Assembly: GCA_964412775.1 (NCBI GenBank)
Contig: CAYPPX010000001.1
Location: 226,699-290,698, forward strand
Reading direction: 5' to 3'
DNA length: 64,000 bases
Source: an uncultured Pseudomonadales bacterium
Lineage (GTDB): Bacteria; Patescibacteriota; Microgenomatia; UBA1400; PJMF01
Positions 29,086 to 37,059 of this stretch are shown one piece after another (the first letter of the stretch is position 1; each line of letters starts with the position of its first letter). A model generated the notes under the pieces. The model ran no database searches. It was not told where the DNA came from and saw only the letters and a program-made list of their open reading frames with translations. Made by a program: the position numbers and the translations under genes.

Positions 29086-30339
29086 CTATTTTGTAGTATT
29101 TTTTTTCAGACATTTTTTTATCTCCTTGATAAATAAATCAATTGTTTTTTTGTTAATAGAGTGGTCAATAATAATTTTGTAATAGTCTTGGTTATTATCT
29201 CTAGTTGAAGAGACTGAAAAATTATTACAACACGCTACAAATGATTGATAATTAGCCTCTTTTTCAATGGTGGTTGAAAAGATTAAGTAATTGGCAAATG
29301 GTTGATATAAAACATTAATTTGTTTAAGTTTACTTAGTTTTTTATATAAGTAAGTTGTTTTTTCACTTGCTAATTTAATTTCTTTTTTTAAACTTTTCTT
29401 TTTATATTGCCACAGCTGATAAATTTGGATAGCGCTAATACCATTTCTACTACCCAATAAAGTATAGTCAGCATGACCTTGAATATAACTAGAAAAAACT
29501 TCTGAATATTGATACAAACCATGATTTAACCAAATAGCTCCTGAGCCAATTGGGCCACCAAAAGTTTTGTGGAAATCGACAGCAATAGAAGATATTTCTG
29601 GATAAGAAAAAATATTTTGATATTTTTTTAATAATGGTAAAACAAAACCTGAGAAACAAGCATCAATATGTAAAAAAATATTTTTTAGTTTATTTTTCCT
29701 AAGGTAATTAATTGTTTCTGAAATTGGATCGATTAACCCAAATTCAGTCGTCATGGCTGTTAAAGCTATAACGATAAAATCATCTTTTTTAAATTTAGCT
29801 AAGATTTGTTTGATAGCTGTGAAATCTGTTATTTTTTCAGAATTTTTGTCTAAGTAGTAAAGCTGGTGTTTGGGATTGTTTTCTAAACCAAGCAAATTAA
29901 TAGCTTTATTAAAGCTATAGTGAGAAGTTTTTGGAATTAACCAATTCACTTGTTTAGGGCTATTTTTTTCTGCCCAATTTCTGGCAACCCACATAGCATA
30001 AATATTGGCCTCAGTGCCACCAGCGGTAATATAACCAGATAAACTGTCAAAATCTAATTTTAAAAATTTAGCAAGATCAATTAAAACTTTTTTTTCTACA
30101 TAACGGCTAGCGTTAAAAGTGCCGTTAGTGGTTAATTCTAGTTGGCTATTTTTAGTCTGGTCTTTAAGGTGAAGTAAAATATTATTATAGTTTAATTCGC
30201 CAACCTGATTATAAGTTTTAACTGAAATAGGGTGTTGTTTTGCCCAGGCACGACCGAGTACTCGGTTTTGAAGAATTTTTTTATCGACCGATTTTAGTTC
30301 GGGCAGGGATAGTATTTTTTGACTATTCCTTCTTTTCAA
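29086..30339 (-). CDS. PLP-dependent group II amino-acid decarboxylase (MfnA/GadB-like)
   Basis: LHIDACFSGFVLP and AVDFHKTFGGPIGSG (Lys in DFHK as PLP-binding residue); 417 aa. Confidence 0.65.
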   Translation of the reverse strand: MKRRNSQKILSLPELKSVDKKILQNRVLGRAWAKQHPISVKTYNQVGELNYNNILLHLKDQTKNSQLELTTNGTFNASRYVEKKVLIDLAKFLKLDFDSLSGYITAGGTEANIYAMWVARNWAEKNSPKQVNWLIPKTSHYSFNKAINLLGLENNPKHQLYYLDKNSEKITDFTAIKQILAKFKKDDFIVIALTAMTTEFGLIDPISETINYLRKNKLKNIFLHIDACFSGFVLPLLKKYQNIFSYPEISSIAVDFHKTFGGPIGSGAIWLNHGLYQYSEVFSSYIQGHADYTLLGSRNGISAIQIYQLWQYKKKSLKKEIKLASEKTTYLYKKLSKLKQINVLYQPFANYLIFSTTIEKEANYQSFVACCNNFSVSSTRDNNQDYYKIIIDHSINKKTIDLFIKEIKKCLKKNTTK

Positions 30340-30498
30340 TTTTTTATTATAAGATCCATTTTATAAAGAAAATTCGATTATACTCCTTATGAATATTGAT
30401 TACAATAGTAAGTTGTCTAATATAAATATAGGATTTTTTTTAGTTATTTATAAGCCAAAATCTTAGAATAATTTTTTGTTTAAATTTGGGCTAAAACG

Positions 30499-30535
30499 AG
30501 AATGACCCCCACCGGGGTGAGGGTCATCTTTTGAG
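30499..30535 (-). terminator. GC-rich hairpin terminator of the foreign small gene
   Basis: Minus strand reads ATGACCCTCACC-CC-GGTGGGGGTCAT (12-bp stem, one mismatch) then TCTCGTTTT. Confidence 0.6.
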
Positions 30536-30584
30536 GAGAACGGGGCCAGAGGAAGCTGTTTGGTTGTTGAGGGCGTGAGAGCCA

Positions 30585-30764
30585 CTACGAGTTCATGTAT
30601 TCAGCATAGTTCTCGCGGGCGGCGTTCTTCGCCTGGTAGTCAGCCTTGGCTTCAGCCAGGGCCTTCTCCAGTTCGTTCACGCGCTCTTCAGCGGCGTTGG
30701 CGAGGTCGTCCAGGCGGACGAGTTCACGAGCCTTTTCAACAGCGAGTTTGGTTTTGTCTTTCAT
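30585..30764 (-). CDS. 59-aa coiled-coil protein encoded in a GC-rich micro-insertion (foreign codon usage)
   Basis: Minus-strand ORF MKDKTKLAVEKARELVRLDDLANAAEERVNELEKALAEAKADYQAKNAARENYAEYMNS with GGAG RBS 8 nt upstream. Codons are GCC/CTG/CGC-rich, unlike every other gene in the window. Below the ORF-track length cutoff. Confidence 0.5.
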   Translation of the reverse strand: MKDKTKLAVEKARELVRLDDLANAAEERVNELEKALAEAKADYQAKNAARENYAEYMNS

Positions 30765-30831
30765 GTTGTCTTACTCCTTCGAGTGTGGGATCTGCTGCAA
30801 CATGTTACCGCTGGCGCATGGCCAGTGGTCT

Positions 30832-30875
30832 CATGGCATGGTTATAGATAATAAATTATCCATAACCATGCCATG
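30832..30875. repeat. Perfect 14-bp inverted repeat with 16-nt spacer at the junction of the GC island and the DUF488 gene
   Basis: CATGGCATGGTTAT-agataataaattatcc-ATAACCATGCCATG. Confidence 0.8.
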
Positions 30876-31077
30876 AAGTTAGATAAAACCTTTTCTCTTT
30901 GTCTTGATGAAACCAAACAACCAACTCTCGCGGTGGGGCAATTTCCTTCTCCCATCTATCAATACAAACGTCTTTTTTGCTAATACCTCGAGGCCAAAAC
31001 CGATCTACCAAGATTCGATGGTAATTGTTCTCACTAAAGTCATCATAAATACGTCTAACAATAAGGTTTTTCATCAT
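30856..31077 (-). pseudogene. DUF488 (YeaO-like) gene, C-terminally truncated at the insertion junction
   Basis: NLIVRRIYDDFSENNYHRILVDRFWPRGISKKDVCIDRWEKEIAPPRELVVWFHQDKEKR matches the DUF488 N-terminal half. The ORF then ends after SWHGYG, which is encoded by the inverted repeat. Only 73 aa versus ~115 expected. Confidence 0.5.
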
Positions 31078-31158
31078 ATGCGTTGTAATAAAAATTTTTA
31101 TTACTTATCAACATCTGTGCAACTAAACTCGCCTACAGTGAAAATTTATTTAGCAATC

Positions 31159-31545
31159 TTACTTAATCATAGTAAGCAACATTTTGAATTGCTGGGTTGC
31201 CTTTAATGCGTGAGGGGAATTTGCCGGCATGATAAGTGCTTCACCTTCTTTTACCAGATGAGCTTTTCCATTTACTAAAATAGTTGCTTCCCCCTCTAGT
31301 ATTTGCACAAAAGCAGTAAAAGGGGTGGTGTGTTCACTCAATCCCTGTCCTTTGGCAAAGGCAAATGCGGTAATGGTAGTTTTGGGAGTTCTCACAATCT
31401 CTCGGCTAACAACTGATCCTTCTTGATAAGAGACTAATGCGGCAGTCTTGTGAGGGTGAGTTGTGAGAGTGCTGATTGGTTCTGTCATAGTTGTGATTTT
31501 ATCACTCACATTATATTTATTTAAGTTGTTCAATAATACTTTCAA
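31159..31545 (-). CDS. Cupin-domain protein
   Basis: 128 aa; HTHPHKT...GEALIMPANSPHALKA two-His cupin motifs. Confidence 0.55.
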   Translation of the reverse strand: MKVLLNNLNKYNVSDKITTMTEPISTLTTHPHKTAALVSYQEGSVVSREIVRTPKTTITAFAFAKGQGLSEHTTPFTAFVQILEGEATILVNGKAHLVKEGEALIMPANSPHALKATQQFKMLLTMIK

Positions 31546-31963
31546 CCCATTCTCTTACTCCTTTAAAAGTATCCTCATTCGGGTATCCATCAATCTTAAA
31601 AATTGGTTTAAGAACATTACCATTCATTGATGAAATTTTTTCACTACTTAATTGACCACTTGTAGAAAAATTTGGGTAACTGGAGTCTCCAAGTGAAAAA
31701 AAAGCAAAACGTGTATTATTGCAATTATGCCTCTGTGAATCTGCTGTGGAAAGAAATAACTCTGTAATAGGATTTAAATCGCCATTGCCATAGGTAGAAC
31801 TTCCAAAAAAAACTAAATCATAGTCTTTTAAATCATCCGGATCTACACTCATGGCATCAAATAATTTTACTTTATGGTTGCTATCTTTTAAGTAACTCAC
31901 AATATTTTCTGAAATTAATAATGTGGTTCCAGATAGCGTTGAGAATACTACTGCAATTTTCAT
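31517..31963 (-). CDS. Flavodoxin (short-chain)
   Basis: MKIAVVFSTLSGTTLLISENI (flavodoxin T/S-x-T-G-x-T FMN loop); 148 aa. Confidence 0.65.
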   Translation of the reverse strand: MKIAVVFSTLSGTTLLISENIVSYLKDSNHKVKLFDAMSVDPDDLKDYDLVFFGSSTYGNGDLNPITELFLSTADSQRHNCNNTRFAFFSLGDSSYPNFSTSGQLSSEKISSMNGNVLKPIFKIDGYPNEDTFKGVREWVESIIEQLK

Positions 31964-32141
31964 AAATTATTTACTTCCTTTTATTAAAAATGGTAAATAA
32001 AGTGAGATAAATGTCAATAATTTATTTTTTCTCACTTACACGGCTGTTAAACTAAAAAATGTTCAAATCAGGAAAATTTAGCAAGCCCCATCAACCCATT
32101 TGAGGGTATTAGACGGGTCTATCAGAACTTTTCGATTGTTG

Positions 32142-32226
32142 CGGAGAGGGCGGGATTTGAACCCGCGGTAGCTTTCACCACGGCGGTTTAGTAAACCGCT
32201 GCACTAGACCACTATGCGACCTCTCC
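32142..32226 (-). tRNA. Type II (long-arm) tRNA, Ser-like, with apparent anticodon ACT in the loop TTACTAA
   Basis: Reverse complement GGAGAGGTCGCATAGTGGTCTAGTGCA-GCGGT-TTACTAA-ACCGC-[18-nt arm]-GCGGGTTCAAATCCCGC-CCTCTCC-G. CCA is not encoded. Confidence 0.6.
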
Positions 32227-32393
32227 TAGTTATGTGATTGATTTTATCATTAATTTTATCATTTTTACGGTTAGTTTATTAATATATTCTGATATATTAA
32301 GTCAGGTATTAGCTTAAAATAATTATTTCTTTGCTTTATTGGTCAATAAACAACTATTTAATTTTTCAATGGAAGTTATTATATTCTCAATGT

Positions 32394-32852
32394 ATGAAAA
32401 CTAATCGAATCCCTTTATCAGTAGAAGCAGTTGAAGAGAAGAAAAATAAGTTAAAGCAATTACTTGGTCTTAAAAAAGAAGTAATGAAACGTCTCATTAT
32501 TGCTCGTGAGATGGGAGATCTTTCAGAAAATGGTGCCTACAAGGCTGCTAAATTTGAGTTGGGTGGGATTAATCGTCAACTTAGAGAACTCAACTTTATT
32601 TTAAAGCATGCTTATGTTCCAGAAGTTACAACTGAAGTTATTGCTGGATTTGGTAAAACCATTACCCTTAAAAATAAAGAAAAAGAATTAGTTTTTACTT
32701 TGGTTGGTGAATATGAGTCAGATCCAGAAAAAATGAAGTTTTCTTTGAGTAGTCCAATTGGTTCGGCTGTTAATGGTAAGCAAATTGGTGACAAAATAGT
32801 GGTGGTTTCTCCCAATGGAAAACTAAATTATTCAGTGATTAAAATTGAATAA
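32394..32852 (+). CDS. greA: Transcription elongation factor GreA
   Basis: IIAREMGDLSENGAYKAAKFELGGINRQLRELN. Start MKTNRIP at 32394 is chosen over the track start at 32331. Confidence 0.85.
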   Translation: MKTNRIPLSVEAVEEKKNKLKQLLGLKKEVMKRLIIAREMGDLSENGAYKAAKFELGGINRQLRELNFILKHAYVPEVTTEVIAGFGKTITLKNKEKELVFTLVGEYESDPEKMKFSLSSPIGSAVNGKQIGDKIVVVSPNGKLNYSVIKIE

Positions 32853-32932
32853 TCGGATAATTATTTTTAGTAATTTAATCAATTTTTGGTGCTATGTTCA
32901 AGACAGTTAGTCATTTAGAATAAGAAACTATT

Positions 32933-33616
32933 ATGCAAGCTTTAATTAATTGGTTAGAAGTTTTTTCTGGTCAGGTGCCAGTTACTTGGTTTATTTTTGT
33001 GGGAGCGCTAGTAGAAGAGCTGGTAGCGCCAATTCCGTCTCCACTGGTAATGATGTTGGGTGGTTCAATTGCTGCTGGTCAGGGTAGTCCATTGTTATTT
33101 ATTTTGTTCTTAGCCCTAATTGGTGCTTTAAGTAAAACTTTGGGTAGTTTGTTGATTTATATCATCTCAGATAAAGCAGAAGATGTAATTATTGATAAAT
33201 TTGGTAAATTTTTAGGTGTGTCACACTCTGACACCGAAGGCTTGGGAAAGTTTTTTGGGCAGGGTAAACGAGATGATATTGCAATTTTTTTAATGCGAGC
33301 TGTGCCTGTCATGCCAACCGCACCAGTTTCAGTGATTGCTGGTCTTATTAAGATAGATTTAAAAACTTACTTGCTCAGTACTTTTTTGGGGTTAATAGTG
33401 AGAAACACTATTTATTTATATCTCGGCTACACTAGTTTGGGAGCTTTAGAATCTTTGAGTGAAGGTTTTGATAGTTTGGAAAAAATTGGTTATTTTATTT
33501 TAGCTATTTTTGCTGGTATGGCCCTATTATGGATGTATCGTCAACGTCGTCAGGGTTCAGTCCTTACAATGATTGAATCAATGCTTGATAGAACCAAAAG
33601 GGTCTTCAAAAAGTAA
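32933..33616 (+). CDS. DedA/SNARE-associated family membrane protein
   Basis: 227 aa with multiple TM segments; FIFVGALVEELVAPIPSPLVMMLGG and LMRAVPVMPTAPVSVIAGL motifs. Confidence 0.6.
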   Translation: MQALINWLEVFSGQVPVTWFIFVGALVEELVAPIPSPLVMMLGGSIAAGQGSPLLFILFLALIGALSKTLGSLLIYIISDKAEDVIIDKFGKFLGVSHSDTEGLGKFFGQGKRDDIAIFLMRAVPVMPTAPVSVIAGLIKIDLKTYLLSTFLGLIVRNTIYLYLGYTSLGALESLSEGFDSLEKIGYFILAIFAGMALLWMYRQRRQGSVLTMIESMLDRTKRVFKK

Positions 33617-33630
33617 ACTAATCTCTGGTT

Positions 33631-34053
33631 TCAGAGCAGCATATCAGGTAAATTTTCATAACGACCAGCCTCATATGGTGGGTAGCATATTTCGAAAACT
33701 ACCAAAGCTTCTTTTTCAGTTGCTCGCCATTGCATAATGTCGCCAACTTCTATGTTTTGGGCAAAACCTTCACTGTCCGGACCGACCTTGAAGACCAATC
33801 TTTCTCCACTACTTTTTCTGATAATGAGTTCACCTTTGCCAGAAACATAACCTTCTATAGTCTGATCACCATTTAACACTCTTTGAGGTAGAGTTCTTCT
33901 ATCTGCTTCTATGTAAATAACCCCCAGATCTCTTTCTTTGGTTTCTGGATGAAGATAGGCATCACAGACTACTCCAGGAAAAACTTCTGTTGTTTCGATT
34001 AGTTGGGTAGTTAATGTTTCACCACGGAAACTGAATGATTCTAGTTTTGACAT
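33631..34053 (-). CDS. Hypothetical protein, possibly cupin-like beta-barrel
   Basis: 140 aa; no firm motif. Confidence 0.35.
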   Translation of the reverse strand: MSKLESFSFRGETLTTQLIETTEVFPGVVCDAYLHPETKERDLGVIYIEADRRTLPQRVLNGDQTIEGYVSGKGELIIRKSSGERLVFKVGPDSEGFAQNIEVGDIMQWRATEKEALVVFEICYPPYEAGRYENLPDMLL

Positions 34054-34082
34054 AAGTAAGTTACTAAAGTTTATTCTTGTTT

Positions 34083-34130
34083 TGGCGGAGCACCCGGGTC
34101 TGGAACCCGTACGGCCTTATAACCGCTCAC
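34083..34130 (-). other. tRNA 3'-half-like fragment (T-arm, acceptor 3' strand and CCA); candidate left attachment-site remnant
   Basis: Reverse complement ends ...GGGTTCCAGACCCGGGTGCTCCGCCA. No matching 5' acceptor strand (GG[AG]G[CT][AG][CT]) exists upstream. It shares the core GTTTGGCGGAG with the 3' end of tRNA-Ser(GCT) at 56397. Confidence 0.35.
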
Positions 34131-34226
34131 TACACTAGGTGTGATTATACTCAAAATGAGACAAATAGGACACTATAAAAAGGGAGTGTCTTGTTTTAGA
34201 GTTGATGTGTTTTGATATATTAAATA

Positions 34227-35594
34227 CTACTTATCCCTTTTCAATTCCTCGAATCTCTCTTGCATAGTTGGATTACCCATGGTGAGTCGCTTGATAGTCA
34301 GGTCATCTATCTTGTTTTCGGCTGTGAGCAAATGTTTATCTGAAAGTGTTAGAGCATCTCGTACTTTTTCAAGATTTTTAATTGCATTATTAATTTGCTC
34401 AACCGCTTCAACATGCTTTTGACCTGCGAATTTCATTGATTTCAACCAGCTATTTTTCCATACATTTACCTCATCTTCAAACTTAGTAATATCTATATTC
34501 TGACTCCTAACTATAGCTAATTCAGTTTTATACTTAAGCGAATTTAAAGCGGCATTCCTGAGCAAAGTAATCATTGGAATAAAGAATTGAGGCCTAATGA
34601 CATACATTTTGGGATATTTATGTGATACGTCTACAATTCCGGTGTTATATAGCTCGTTATCAGCTTCTAGTAATGAAACGAGCACTGCATACTCACAACC
34701 CTTGTCATTTCTATCTTTATCGAGCTTTTTAAAGAAATCTTCATTTTTCTTCTTATTCTCTGTATCATCACCCTCGTTCTTCATTTCAAACATGATGCTA
34801 ATGATTTCTACACCTTGATCATTAGTCTCACGATAGATGTAATCTCCTTTTGTACTGCCCTTTGCGTTTCCCTCATTATCTTTTTCAAAGTAGGCATTTT
34901 GAAAAGCAGTGGCTCTAAGCTTATTGAATTCAATTTCACAGTGCTGTTCAAGGGTTTCACCTAGCATTTTGGTCGAGGCTTTGACCTTCAAATCCTTGTA
35001 ATACTCAATCATTTCCTCTTTACTCTTGAGCTCATTTTCATATTTTTCTTTGATAGAGGTAGTAAGAAGTTTTGACTCAGAATCCTTTTTATCAAGCTTG
35101 TGAATTAGTTCATCTCGTTCTTTTTCAACCACCTTGAGAGCTTCTGTGACAGCTAATTTCTTTTCTGTTTGTGCAGCTTCTATTTGAGATTGAAGCTTGC
35201 TAATTTCAGCTTCTTTTTTAGCAATATCTTCTTGCGATGAGCTTTTAGCATTAGCTTCAGCCAACTTAACAGCTGATTCTTTTTCTTTCTCTAAGACCGC
35301 AATTTTTTCTAGTAGTTTTTGCTCTTTTAACTGGGACTCTAATTCTTTTTGTTGTTCAACATTTTTGCGTACTTTCTCAACTTCTGCATCAAAAGTATCT
35401 TTTTTTATCGAATCAACGACACTTTTGATAGTAGTTTTATCGATATCTAGGTCATGTAGTGAAGATAGGTCAATGAGATCACCCTTTTGACCGTCTTCTT
35501 GTAACTCTAGTGTTTGTTCATCACGGATGGATACTTTGATTTTCTTGCTCATATTATTCCAATCTACTCCATAGTTCTGGGAAATTTTCTTCAA
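34227..35594 (-). CDS. DUF2130-like coiled-coil protein with C-terminal nuclease-like globular domain
   Basis: 455 aa; long E/K-rich coiled coil (residues ~70-200) followed by a C-terminal domain with DKGCEYAVLVSLLE. Confidence 0.45.
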   Translation of the reverse strand: MKKISQNYGVDWNNMSKKIKVSIRDEQTLELQEDGQKGDLIDLSSLHDLDIDKTTIKSVVDSIKKDTFDAEVEKVRKNVEQQKELESQLKEQKLLEKIAVLEKEKESAVKLAEANAKSSSQEDIAKKEAEISKLQSQIEAAQTEKKLAVTEALKVVEKERDELIHKLDKKDSESKLLTTSIKEKYENELKSKEEMIEYYKDLKVKASTKMLGETLEQHCEIEFNKLRATAFQNAYFEKDNEGNAKGSTKGDYIYRETNDQGVEIISIMFEMKNEGDDTENKKKNEDFFKKLDKDRNDKGCEYAVLVSLLEADNELYNTGIVDVSHKYPKMYVIRPQFFIPMITLLRNAALNSLKYKTELAIVRSQNIDITKFEDEVNVWKNSWLKSMKFAGQKHVEAVEQINNAIKNLEKVRDALTLSDKHLLTAENKIDDLTIKRLTMGNPTMQERFEELKRDK

Positions 35595-35976
35595 CTACCT
35601 GATAAATATATTGTGTTTCTTTCGTGTTTTTTGGCAGATTATTTTTGCAATAAACAAACAAAATATTTTGTTTGTGTGTTTTGCTGTCAAGAAAAACAAT
35701 GCAACGATTTCCAGACGCTTTAGGAGAAACTCCAGATTGTGCTATAGCAAAATCATATTTGTAAAGCTTGCAATCAGTACCATGTTTCAACTCATCAACT
35801 TGTTGGGTTCTTTGCAATGATGCAATGCGTTTTAATTCTTGAAAAATTGATTCCAAGGTCACCTGCCATCTTTTGCCTTTATATTTCTTGGCAAAACTTT
35901 TTAAATAATGTCGATCAGCGTAGTCACTGAAAAACACTAAGTAATCAACATCATCAGTCAAGAGGCTTGTAAACAT
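35554..35976 (-). CDS. Small basic protein translationally coupled to the Panacea-domain gene; toxin candidate
   Basis: In-frame starts at 36024 (MANISPTV) or 35976 (MFTSLLTDD); either overlaps the 3' end of the upstream antitoxin-like gene. No recognised toxin fold. Confidence 0.35.
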   Translation of the reverse strand: MFTSLLTDDVDYLVFFSDYADRHYLKSFAKKYKGKRWQVTLESIFQELKRIASLQRTQQVDELKHGTDCKLYKYDFAIAQSGVSPKASGNRCIVFLDSKTHKQNILFVYCKNNLPKNTKETQYIYQVVEENFPELWSRLE

Positions 35977-36685
35977 GATTTGGGTCCTCTTGAATGATGA
36001 GACTGTAGGGGATATATTCGCCATCACGACACATCTTCCATGGTTTTTGTTCATGGGTAAAATTAACAATCTCTTGAGTATTTTTGTCTTTCCAAAGGGT
36101 GCATATTTCTTCAATTAAACTTATTTCTTCTTTGCTAAGTAAATCAAATGTCTCATCTCTAGTATTTGAAGAGATGACAAGTGATTTGTCCATAGGAGTA
36201 ATTTTAATTTTACCGGTATCAAATAATTCATCAGTAGTTTGAAAAAAAATATCAGCCACTGGACCGTATTCCATCCGACGATATTTGACTCCACTCATTG
36301 GTTCTAGTTCACTGAAAAACTTAGCAAAGTCAGCAAGATACAACATCTTGGCTAGTTTTGTTTTCTTTATGCCACCAATTTTTTTATCGCTCGCAAATTT
36401 TATAACAGCAAAATACATCTGACGAAACTTCTTAACATTTGGTGTCTCTTCAAAAAAATCAGCAACATCTATGCCGAATAGAGCAGCTAGAGTGGTCAGT
36501 TCTTCAGTGTTTAAATCACGCTCTCCTTTTTCGACTAAGATCCAACGTTGTCTACTTATACCTAGTTTTTTAGCGACATCTTCTTGAGTGAGACCACTTT
36601 GTTCTCGAAGCTTTATTACTTTTTCAGCTAGGGAATTGTAATTATTCATATTTTTCATTGTAACAGGATTTAAAGTTACTGTCAA
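35954..36685 (-). CDS. HTH-XRE + Panacea (DUF4065/SocA-like) domain protein, antitoxin-like
   Basis: N-terminal LREQSGLTQEDVAKKLGISRQRWILVEKGER (XRE HTH), then KTKLAKMLYLADFAKFFSE, characteristic of the Panacea/GepA domain. Confidence 0.55.
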   Translation of the reverse strand: MTVTLNPVTMKNMNNYNSLAEKVIKLREQSGLTQEDVAKKLGISRQRWILVEKGERDLNTEELTTLAALFGIDVADFFEETPNVKKFRQMYFAVIKFASDKKIGGIKKTKLAKMLYLADFAKFFSELEPMSGVKYRRMEYGPVADIFFQTTDELFDTGKIKITPMDKSLVISSNTRDETFDLLSKEEISLIEEICTLWKDKNTQEIVNFTHEQKPWKMCRDGEYIPYSLIIQEDPNHVYKPLD

Positions 36686-36739
36686 TAAAACATAACATAT
36701 GATGTTGCATTTTAGTAACTATTGAGATAGGATCTCACT

Positions 36740-37054
36740 ATGACGCTATCTATACCAACTCAATCAAATAACTATGTTTTTAATGGACCTCACCTAAATG
36801 CGAGCTCCCTTCCAACGAGATCAGGTGTATATGTTATTACTAGAAAATTGGTAAACGGTTCGTACGAAATAATTGATGTTGGCGAATCGCATAATATTTC
36901 CGAGCGTATACCGAGTCACGATCGTATGAATCAATGGAATTTAGCATCAAATAATGTATTCAATGTATGGACATTCTTGGCAGATCAAAATCAGAGGATG
37001 ATTATCGAAAGAGATATTAGAATTACCTACAATCCAATCTGTGGACAGAGATAA
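36740..37054 (+). CDS. Hypothetical protein (104 aa), weak GIY-YIG-like N-terminus
   Basis: SGVYVITRK...IIDVGESHNISERIPSH loosely resembles GIY-x10-YIG. Confidence 0.3.
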   Translation: MTLSIPTQSNNYVFNGPHLNASSLPTRSGVYVITRKLVNGSYEIIDVGESHNISERIPSHDRMNQWNLASNNVFNVWTFLADQNQRMIIERDIRITYNPICGQR

Positions 37055-37059
37055 TTTAG

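Noticed and set aside
30560-30876. Two + strand ORFs (95 and 76 aa) inside the GC-rich insertion
   Set aside because: GC-rich DNA yields long open frames on all strands. The minus-strand 59-aa frame is the one with an RBS, a sensible coiled-coil sequence and a terminator. The + frames are Arg/Ser/Ala-rich shadows.
34083-34160. Possibility that the tRNA-like element at 34.08 kb is a complete functional tRNA
   Set aside because: No 5' acceptor strand able to pair with GTGCTCC exists within 100 nt, and no canonical D-arm or anticodon arm could be folded. Retained only as a 3' fragment.
35514-35820. Two 69-aa + strand ORFs overlapping the toxin-candidate region
   Set aside because: Antisense to the operon and Cys/Phe-rich nonsense-like sequence. 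The minus-strand frames have coupled start/stop architecture.
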